Assembly (NCBI RefSeq): GCF_006345805.1 | Contig: NC_042999.1 | Coordinates: 147,560,001 to 147,624,000, forward strand | Direction: 5' to 3' | Origin: Octopus sinensis | Lineage: Eukaryota | Length of the DNA stretch: 64,000 nucleotides | Shown here: piece after piece, positions 53,043-64,000 of the stretch | Position numbering within the stretch: position 1 is the stretch's first letter | Layout: each line of letters begins with the position of its first letter | Position numbers and translations under genes: made by a program | The notes under the pieces: model-generated | The model's database searches: none | What the model was told of the DNA's origin: nothing | Seen by the model: only the letters and a program-made list of their open reading frames with translations

Positions 53043-56000
53043 ATATGTGTCTGTGTGTGTGTGTCTGTATATACTCGCTTGTGTGTGAGTGTTTGTGTGT
53101 GTGTGCGCACATTTATGTTTATACATTCATACAGACATACACATATATATGTATATATATTTTCCGATTCTTCTGCCATTTGCTTAGTATGGGTGAGTGC
53201 TAATTAATATTTTTCCAGTTAATGCTACATGAAATATTATTCAAATCTAGTGGACGTATATACTGAAGTCGTGAGGTATTGTCTTCAATATTTATGTCGC
53301 GAAATATGTACTTGTGTCGATGGTAAATTATTTTGAACCTATTGGTAGTTACCCTTATGTGTACCTGCAGTTTGTGTCATTCTGTGGCGGTTATACCTGC
53401 ATTACATGTTAATTTGCAAACGAGACAGTTTGTGTTAACAGCGCTAGATGAAGGTATGTTGAAATTCTAATTCCTAAGATGCGGTGTATGGTTTGAGTTT
53501 TTCGTATTTAGACGATTTCACTGAGCTGTAATTAACTGTAGTAATCTCTTTCAATATTGATTTGCTCTGGATAATAAATTTTTACTTTGCGATCGTGTAT
53601 GCGTTTGTAGCACTTTTGGGTCGAATGGAATTATATCTGAATGTTTTTAATAATATCATGGCTACTGGTGTAATAAATTGTATGTTGATTTAGTTGGACT
53701 AGATGACCTTTCTTTCGTTATAACTGTTTGTTTTTTCTTTGTGTTTTGTCAAATTAATTTCTATTATCGTATTAGTAATTCCTTATTAACTGTGCCAGAG
53801 AATATGTTGAAAGCATTTACAACTAAAACACTACCACACAACATACACGCATTTTGCAAATAAATAAGAAATACATATTTCTCTTTATAAGCTTATTATA
53901 TAGTCATTGAAGTAAAATATAATGTCACTTAGCATTGAATAAAAACAAATGTTATTGACTTATGCACAGCAATATCAAACAAAGAACAATTATTTGAAAC
54001 TCTGTTATGTCGAATCATGTGCTTGCTTTATCGATTTCTCTATGCACTGAAAATATAGAATGATCAATTTACTCGAGGTTCGGCTTAAATCAGAATGTTG
54101 TTGTATGCCCGTCGCATAGCATAGTATCAGCGAACTACTGCCTCCATTTTCATAATATTAAAACTTAAGCTCATAACTAACTAAATTAAATTCTACATTC
54201 TTCATTAAGCATCGATAAGTGTTTTTAATCCATGTTGCATTTCGCATATATTATAATTTTCTATGACTTTTATTTAATCTCTTTGGATTTGAGTTATTTC
54301 TTTTGTTGATATTACTTCTGTGAGTGTTTTAGGTGACTTGCTGGTTGGTTATAGTACTCTCGTCTGTGGTGACTCTTCTTCTGTCCATATTCAGTCCTAC
54401 CCGAGTTTTTCATACTTCCTCCATGTTGTGTTTCTTTCTGCTTGGATTTTCTTCTTAAAGCTATTTATTGTCAGAAAACATTTTAGAAACATGCAGCTAC
54501 TTATCAAGTATCTGTTGTTTTAGGAAACCTTTGACTTCAAAAGCATTATCGTTATGATATAGTATTTGTTTCAAATATTTTTTTCTCCTTCCTTAAAGTT
54601 CTTTCGTCATTTACTATTTCAGAGATGGGGTTATTCCACATTATTTCTGTTTCTTCTGTATTTCTTTCCGATATATTTGATTATTCTTTTATATTTTTAA
54701 TTTTCATGTATAAATGTGAAGCAATACACATTTTCTTTTTGTAACTCCAACCATTCTTAATTTTATTTCATTTAACCTAGTGATATTTATGAGCGCGTGC
54801 ATTCATTAATTCTGTTGTGGATTTTGTTATTTTACTGTTCATTTTTATTCGTGGCAATTACATTCGTAGGTTTATAGAAATTCTTTCTGTATACTTTATT
54901 CATTTACTTTTTTCCCGTGAAATTATATTATTCATTATTTCAATTAAAATTGCCTAGTTTGAAATTTTCAACTTCCTTATTTATATTTTGGCTTGGTTTT
55001 CATTCGTCTGACTTCTGTTAATGTTTTCGGATTTCGTTTTGCTCTGCTTCGTTATTTACGTCGTTTGTTTGCCATATGCTGCAGCTATTTTGGAGGTTTA
55101 CATTTTCAAAGCTTCTATTTTTGTTGTATATTATTTTTATTGCATAGTTTCAGTCCATTATTTCTGTTCTATGCATACTTTCATTTAAGTGAATATTTTA
55201 AATTCTAACATATTTTCGTCTTTGGAGAATATATCATCCGTTAAGACCCAACGGTATGCGTTGATCCGGATATTTTCACTTTAAGTTTTTTATGAGAATA
55301 GTATCATAGTTTTCTTTGAAGGAAAGAGAGTTGTAGCCTAAAATATACATATAAAATAGAAACGTCAGCCCTTTTCTTGTTATTTGCCACACTTGAGCGG
55401 ACAACTCACGTTTTTATTTTGAAATTTTCAAAATTACCGTCGAGTACCGGTTTATTGCTTTTTGCAGATATCGAGCTTTGCATGATTCTTGTGCATCAAA
55501 ATCAAAATAAACAAACTTCTTTTAGCTTTGGAACGAAATAAATCATTCTTTTGTTTTTGTATCGTTTGTCACCTTCGTTTCGAGGAATGCAATGAATCTG
55601 TCTGTTGCCGATTGAATTGTTTATCAGTCCTGCTTATAAATGATATCCAGAAGCCACAGAGAAACTTTCCAAAATGCATACGCAGTTTTGATCTACGTTG
55701 TGAGAATCCCTAAAAGAATTTTCAGCTAATGAATCAAGTAGCGGTGTCTCGTATTGAATGTCACTGTATTATCTTTGTAAAAGGCCCTGCAGTATCCCGT
55801 ATTAAACATTAAAAGACTATCGAGGAGGAAATATGAATTTATTAGAAATATTTGGTGCAATCTTTCAGAAACAACTATGAACAAAACACACGCTACTGCT
55901 AAGAATTGACAAAACAACCCAAATCACCCAATCAATACAAAACCGTAACTGGGTTAAAGTTCTGGAATGCGACTCATAAAATGCCAATGCCAACTGCACA

Positions 56001-56956
56001 ATTGCTCCCATAGTACTGCCAACAACAGCGACACGATGTGGTGAAAATAACTACAATACCTCCACTTCCATGCCACAGTAAAGCACATCACTAAGACACC
56101 AGGGAAAATGAGAGGAACAGTAGCGGAAAGAGTAGCACCAATAACATACCAACAACTGCAGACAGCAGATTTATAACTAAGTCAGTGCAGTGGATTATCA
56201 TCACCATCTTTGAAACAGTTCTAAAAAGAACAACACCAAGTGTAGCACAAATCACACACATGCACACCTATCTATTCATGAAGAAGTTTGCAGCTCTCTG
56301 GTTTCGCCCCATATGACAAAATATTTGCTGACGAGACAGAAGCATGGCAGTCTTTTGTTTGGTGGTCATGGTAATAAAAGTAAATGATAATTGACCCAAC
56401 ATAAAATAAAGCAGAAAGAAAGGCAGCACGCCATGGTAAAGCGCAGGAAGACCAATCACCCATCAGCATATCCACGACAACTACATCAAGAAAAATATTC
56501 AGAATTACAGCCGTAAAGTCAGCAATATGAAAGCGCACAGCAAAACATCAAAAGAAGCAGCAAAACCCACCAAAAATTAAGACCATCGATATCAACATCG
56601 CCAACAGAAAAAAAACTCAGGCATACAGAACGCAAACTCTACATGAAAATAAAGCGTGACGTATCTAGAGAATTAATCACAAAACTACTTAATGATGTAT
56701 TTTCGTAAAATAGACAGATAATGCCTTTCGCTGGAACATTTCACAGGTCAACTTTCTGAAGAATAGACCCGATTACTTCAGTTTTACAAGATAAATATAA
56801 ATGGCCAGTCACATTTTCCATCTCCCAACTTAAAAAGCTGTATTTATAGGAGATATAAAAGTATGTGGACGGGAGTCAGCTTCGAAGTGAGGTTACATGT
56901 TCAACAATCCATCTTCAACAATAGATGTAGCAGCAATGTAAGAAACGAACATTTAT

Positions 56957-57148
56957 ATTCTTTCGCACTCTAGGCACAAGGCCCGAAATCTTGGGGGAGT
57001 GGGGCCAGTCGATCAGATCGACCCCAGTACACAAATGGTACTTAATTTATCGACCCCGATAGAATGTAAAGCAAAGTCGACCACGGCAGATGAAATAGCA
57101 CTACGCATTTTGCCCGACATGCTAACGTTTCTGCCAGCTCGCCACCTT
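56957..57148 (-). mobile_element. SINE-like family C
   Basis: Reverse complement of the 42424 type. Confidence 0.8.
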
Positions 57149-59698
57149 GACAAGCTAAAATTTACATTGAGTTTGCTCTTGCACACAGACTATGTCCTTT
57201 GCAGACTATGTTCCTCGTGTAAGTTCTCCTTCATTCTTTCCCTTGTTTGTCAGTGTAGATAACTTTAACTCTCACATCCGATAAATTGCAAGACCTTTAG
57301 AATGCAACATGGCTGAATACAGGTTGATGCAAGAACAGCTACACTTTAGCAAATGTCTGCCCTTTGTGATTTATTGATAGTCATTACATATGTCAGGAGA
57401 CTGGTTTCTTTCTAAAGTGAATGGCATATTTGGAATGCGCATGCGTTAAGCGATATGTGATATAAAAAAACTCAGTTCACTTTTTAAAAAATACCTTTTC
57501 ACTATGCATCGCCACCATAAACACCATCATGAACAACAACAGTATCATCACCATCATCTCTCCCTTTCTCTTCCCCCCCTCTCTCTCTCTTTCTTTAATC
57601 TCACCGTCAGAACATCACCAGTTTGCTAAAGTGATATTCCTAACTCCTTTATATTTGTACCTTCAGCCATCTCTTTTAGCTACGCAATAAATATTATGTT
57701 CCCCCTGCCACATGCCTCACGGTTACAACGATCTTCATAGAGCCGCATGGTAAATCAGTGATGCTAGACAAGAACAGGTTTGACTACGTTGCCTTCAGAG
57801 AAGATACTGCCTATTCCTCTACTACAGTAGAACGGTACAATCGGTAAACGTCTCGCTATTTAGGGCCAATGGAAGTATAGAATAACGTTTTAACTCATGC
57901 TGAGATTGTTCTAATTTATCCGATAAATGTCTTGCAGCCTTGCTTAGACATTCCGACTTGTTTTGCATGCACCAACTCTCAGTATGCAAGAACTGGCTGC
58001 ACTGGATTTTCCAGATCATATTTGATAAAACACCCAAAGGCCAGCAAAGAAGAATAATACAGTGTGCCAACATTTTTAACGGGTCGACTATACAGCTCAC
58101 AAATTTCTAATCAGCAGGCTTGATGTACATAGTACGTATAAACAGCAACACTCAGATTAGAGTGAAATCGACAGACAAATTTCAGCGGGAAAGTAGCAAT
58201 AGATGTATTAGATTACATTAGTTGCTAGTTCGCTATTTGGAAGAGACGATTAGAAAAGAAATCGCCATGGTCGTTCAGGTTGCAAGAATAACCCTAGATC
58301 CTTTCTTCAACGCAAGACACGAAAGCTGTCACAGGTAAGGTGCGTGACGTTGTCATTATTGTAGTTATTGCTAGGGCTGCAGATTGAGGGAATCGTTACT
58401 GCATTCGAGAATATGCTGCACAGTTTTAATGCTCTTTGCAACATTCATGGGCCGATAAAATAAAGTGTCTTTAGAGGACTGGTGTTTATTTAACCGGGTG
58501 CACTCTGGCGCAAATATCAAGGCTTGTATCATTCTTAGAAACAATAATTGTTGTTGTACTTGTTATCATTGTTGTTCTCCTCTAGTCAAGTTAATAGATT
58601 TCTCAGAAATAAAATGAATGAAACTGAATTGCATGACACTATCAGCAACAGTGAAATTTTCCTATGTACTTTAAACCGAAATAATAAACCGTTGTAATTG
58701 TATGGATTTGAGTTTGTTTTTGCTTTTATTATATTTCATATTTTTGTAAGAACTTATAATGATGATAATAGAGATGTAGAGGAAGAAGATGGCAGAGGGG
58801 AGATAAAGGTAATATTCATAGTGTTGTTGATATTATGCATCTTTTTCTTAGTTTATTTCCTCTTTTAGTTATTTTATATATTTCGACCTTCACATCATTC
58901 TGTATCATATAATAATGACGTTTTTGCCATTATTATATATTATAGGCAAATGACATGGCAATTTCCTTTTATCGTTCTTAATAAGATTTGGAAAAACAGG
59001 CCTGATAAATTATTAAAATAATGGTATAAGCTGTCAGCTAGTAAGTGTGTGTGTGTGCGTGTGTGCGTGTGCGTGTGTGTGTGTGTGTGTGGGCGTGTGT
59101 GTGTGCGTGTGTGTGTGTCTATTTGTGTGTGTATGTATGCGTGTGTGTGTGTGGTGTGTGTGTGTGTGTGTGTACTTATCTAAACATGATTGAAATTAAA
59201 TAAAATAATCACAACTAAGGTACTGCTTTAGAAGAATTACCAATTGTTTAAAATTTTAAGTGATTCTCTGAAGTGATGATTTTCAGATAATACGAAAATA
59301 GACAATCATAATAACAAATCTTCAAGTATAGCAACAAAATATTTAATCAGATGCTTGCTTATCAAATTACAATTAAAAAAAAAACCTTAACCATGTTTTT
59401 CATTCAAAATGTTTTTGTCGTTATCCAATGTTTCTCCATACAATTTCTTTTATAATTGTCATATCTAACTTGATCCTCTTTTGTGCGATTTAAGTTTTGA
59501 AGCTAATTTCGTGTATATACGTGCTTTCACAGTTAACATTTTCAGCACCAACAGGTGAGCGAAGCATCTGCATTAGATTTATCATTCTTCTTGATAACAA
59601 CGATTTAATATTCCTATTTAATGTTCAATGGAAGTATTATATGAAGAATATTATGATTCATTCTCGATACCATTAGTGTTCTATCCTGTAACGTTAGC

Positions 59699-59783
<85 letters not shown>

Positions 59784-59885
59784 ATCTATGTATTTCTCCC
59801 AATCTCCCAATCTCTGTCTCTATCGCTATCTCTCTCCTGGTCTTCTATCATAGATTAACTGCAGGTAATACTGTTATGTGGGAGA

Positions 59886-60112
59886 AGGGTAGCGAGCTGG
59901 CAGAATCATTAACACGCCGCATAATTCTTAGTGGGCATAATGCTTAGCGGCATTTCGTCCATCTGTACGTCCTGAATTCAAATTTCGCCGAGGCTGATTT
60001 TGCTTTTAATCATTTCGGGGTCGATGAGATCAATACCAGTTGAGTATTAATCTCAATGTAATCCACTAGTCCCCTCCCATGAAACTGCTGCTTTGTGTGA
60101 AAATTTGAAGTC
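59886..60112 (+). mobile_element. SINE-like family C
   Basis: GCGAGCTGGCAGAATC..AATGCTTAGCGGCATTTCGTCC..TTCAAATTTCGCCGAGG. Confidence 0.8.
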
Positions 60113-61423
60113 AATATTGTTTGGGAAAGTCAGGCAGCAGGTGACTTTACTAGATTCAAAGTTTCAAAGAACACAATGTTCATCAAAATATACGCGATCT
60201 CATTGCCTTAGCAAGTTATGCATGAAATTTAAAACAGTAATTATAAAATTTTGTGTCTTTTTAAACAAGTTTCTCTCCATATTTTTCTTTAAAAGCCATT
60301 CTTTTTAACTTTGACTCCAGCTTGAATAAGGTTGACGTAAGGTAAGTTGAAGGGTTAGCAATATTAATCTTGCATACAAGGTTATACTTACAAATTGCTT
60401 TCATAATGAAGTTAAAGACTTTCTTTGAAATTGATATGAAAAGACTTCCTTAGTTTGTGAATTCTAAAGAGATCAGCCATAAACTCCATTTTCAGTCTAT
60501 TTAACACCCAGTAATGTAAATAAGGGAAATGGAAATTTATGCAAGAGTATTTCTTCACACTTGTAATGGTGCCAAAGCAAAATGAATATTGTAGCATAAC
60601 TCTAATGAAAGCACTAAAAGAGCTTGGCACTACTTCATCAATCTTAGTATGAATCATTCAGTCAGATGTCACAGAATGCAACTTATGTGCTGCATTTTTA
60701 CAGATTAGTAGCAGTAAATATTTCATGGTTCTTATATACATAGATCCGTTGTGGACAATTCAACAGATATGAACATATGCCCTTTTTGAAAACTCTTCAA
60801 AATAATAGTCCTGAATATGCCACAGATTACTTGCATTTGTTAAGTACAAAGCACAAGCTTGCACGAGAATAGAAAGTATACATTGATTTAAGGAATTTAT
60901 AATATCACATTTCTGCTCACACATATCACAAGCACGGCTGATAATGTTATGAAATTAAATACCTCCTTGAATAGTTCTTTAAACAACCTAGGTGTTTAAA
61001 GAAATATTCAAATATTATCATCACAATAATCATCACCGATAATTTTATAAAAATAAACAATTACAATTGGGTCTCGCACATGCCATTGTTGTGCAATTTT
61101 AGAAATAGAACAGGTTTTTCTTCTGAGGTAAACTAGAGGGTCAAAACTAGTTATACAAATTAGAATCTCCAGCAAAGAGCAGAATATCAATTCTGCTTTT
61201 TCACCTGCATGAACAGCAACAGGAGGAAAGATCCTGCATAAAATCGGTCACTTTAGATGTATGTTGCCAAACCCCAAGTAAGCTAAACACTGTTTCACAT
61301 TTAAAATATTCTAAGAGTGTCGAGAAAAGATAACGTTTCCAAACATATAGTTAGATTCGAGAGATACAAAAACTACTAAACAATGTTCAAAATATATAAT
61401 CAGAAATATTCAGAATAATACAG

Positions 61424-61635
61424 TATTCTTTTGTTCTTTTATTCTTTTATTTGTTTCAGTCATTTGACTGCGAACATGCTGGAACACTGCTTTTAGTCGA
61501 AGAGATCGACCCCGGACTTATTCTTTGTAAGCCTAGTAATTCATGGATCGATTTCTTTTGCTGAACCGCTACATCATGTAGATGTAAACACACCAACATC
61601 GTTTGTCAAGCGATAGTAGGGAGGACAAAATCAGA

Positions 61636-61672
<37 letters not shown>

Positions 61673-61792
61673 CAGGCTTTTGGTCGGCCTAAGGCTATTG
61701 TAGAAGACACTTGCCCAAGGTGCCATGCAGTGGGACTGAACCCGGAACCATGTGGCTGGTAAGCAAGCTACTGACCACACAGCCACTTCTGC
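61424..61792 (-). mobile_element. SINE family B with internal deletion
   Basis: Tail and head both match 25833-26257. Confidence 0.88.
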
Positions 61793-62679
61793 AACTTCAT
61801 TTTTTTATATAAAATGCTTATAAAATCATATATAGTTAGCAAGCTGACAAAAATATAAAATTCCTTAAACGTAGCAAACGGATATAGAACGTGTATCGAA
61901 TTCGAAGAAGCGATGCAGTGTCTCCTCGAATGATTACCAATAAATATATACCTCACGCATATAAGCAGAGAAACTATCTCCCTCTCGCACACACACTCAC
62001 GCACACACACACACATACACACACACACAGATGCATATATGATACGCCCTCACACGTTCATACGTACATACATACATATATACATCCATAAATACACACA
62101 TACATATACAGAAGCACACACGGGCTTATCTTTTTATAATTCAATATAGAAATATAAACCGTTGCCATATTGAGAGATTATAGAAAATGAGATTTCGTTC
62201 CTTCCATACAAGTGAAACTACTTTCGATAGATAAATACGCATTTGTATACAGATAATTTCTGTTGCATTATTAATTCTGTTTTTCTGTCTTTTCCCCATT
62301 AGGAGAGAGAAATTTGTTTCACAGCCAGTTTCCATAATTAAAAAGCAATCTTAACTGAAAGGAACTCCATAAGATTTTTCTTACACAAACAAAGGGAAAA
62401 CTATCTATAAACAATCACTAATTTCGTAAGACATCTTGCAAGGAGGGCGAAATTTGTAGTATGTTGTATTTCTGATTTCCCATCATGCTGGTTGTCATCG
62501 TCAAACTTCGCCAAAAATTGATCTAATCGTATATTTTTGATAATGCATGCTATGTCTATTATCATTCCGATGTATTTTGCATTATTTTGTAATTCTATTG
62601 TTACAAATTTGAAATAATCATTATTAATATTTTGAATTACAGAAATCATGCTATGAAATTTTCAATGGTTTTCAATTTT

Positions 62680-62691
62680 ACATACATAGAT

Positions 62692-62771
<80 letters not shown>

Positions 62772-62801
62772 CATACATATACATATATATATATGCGTAC
62801 G

Positions 62802-62840
<39 letters not shown>

Positions 62841-62908
62841 GCATTTATACGTACATATCTATCTATATTTATCTATCTTTCTTTCTATCTATCTATCTAT
62901 CTATATAT

Positions 62909-62955
<47 letters not shown>

Positions 62956-63417
62956 CTACCTTAGAATGACAGATATCTTTGGAAAAAATATTACACAACT
63001 GAATGAGATTAAGACGAAATATTCTGTTTTCAGTAATGATAACATGAAATGAGAGTAACTCAACTTCTGTTTATATGCATACATATATTCATACTTACTA
63101 ATATTTACATATATACATACATACATCTGCATATATATATATATATTTACATATATATATATATATATACACACGTATATTTATGTAGTTATACGTATAT
63201 GCCTATTCATATATATATATATAAAAATATATATATATATGTATGCTTATACTTAGGTACGTGTGTATCAACTTATATACGTAAGTATGTCTGTGCATGG
63301 TTTTGTTTGTATTTGTTGATATTTATTATGGTACTTAATTCCGATTTGTTTACGCAAATTCATAATTAGGTATTGTTGCCAAATTATGTATTCAAGAATT
63401 GTAAATTCATGTTTGTG

Positions 63418-63497
<80 letters not shown>

Positions 63498-63530
63498 CAC
63501 GTGTGTGAGTGTGTGTGTGTGTGTATGTAT
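62680..63530. repeat. Compound (TA)n/(CA)n microsatellite region
   Basis: Direct inspection. Confidence 0.9.
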
Positions 63531-64000
63531 TTTTGTCCATGTATTTTTATCCGTCTATATGTCTGTATGCGTGTGCTTGTATGTTTGTGTGTGTAGGCGT
63601 ATGTACGTTTGCATATATACAAACATACACAAACACACATATATACACTAGAAGGTACACAGTAGTGTACGCGTACACATTCAAGTCTACACATCTTTCT
63701 ATATGTATAGTATTGGCAAAACTCCTATACACATATGGTGCAATACATCCGGCCATTAAAATAGCACAAACGCAATCAAAAATATACGTTTTGCGTCCCA
63801 GTAAATTAAATTCTCAAGTTAAATTCTCAGAATGCGTTATACATGCAAATTGATCTACCCAGTTTAGGTGAGGATTTCCTAATAGACACCTTAAAGCCAA
63901 CATGGCCGTGTAGACCTAAAAAAGGTATTCAACTACAGATGAAACTTCAATCACTGAATAAAAATTAATCAGGATGATCAGTCTTTTCATTTTATCCACG

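Noticed and set aside
56272-56538. Hydrophobic minus-strand ORF resembling a membrane protein
   Set aside because: Likely the antisense reading of an A/C-skewed decayed retroelement-like tract (about 55900-56650); no family motif recognised
60400-61260. Possible decayed hAT transposase
   Set aside because: Only vague motif resemblance after assuming frameshifts; not supportable without a search

Overview
AT-rich, microsatellite-saturated eukaryotic DNA. It is most likely an octopus intron or intergenic region (inferred from the repeat landscape; not checked against a database). No host exon could be identified with confidence, and nearly all ORF-track entries are translated microsatellites. 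The window is a mosaic of tRNA-derived SINEs (at least four head types), decayed Penelope-like elements (RT, GIY-YIG and N-terminal fragments), a Tx1/L1-clade LINE 3' end in (GATA)n, three stacked Dong/R4-like LINE fragments in (TAA)n, a Tc1/mariner remnant, a hAT-type MITE, a 1.4-kb tandem duplication and a 730-bp palindrome. The main unexpected signal is a dense, multi-family set of type I hammerhead ribozyme motifs. Seven copies have an intact catalytic core, from five unrelated families (1143, 4123, 5513, 7716, 27149, 27657, 30997), and about six more are variant or decayed. Most have palindromic or near-palindromic helix III, and several sit in 290-430 bp non-autonomous units bounded by microsatellites; two of these units have about 45-nt terminal redundancy, which is a retrozyme/pLTR-like architecture.
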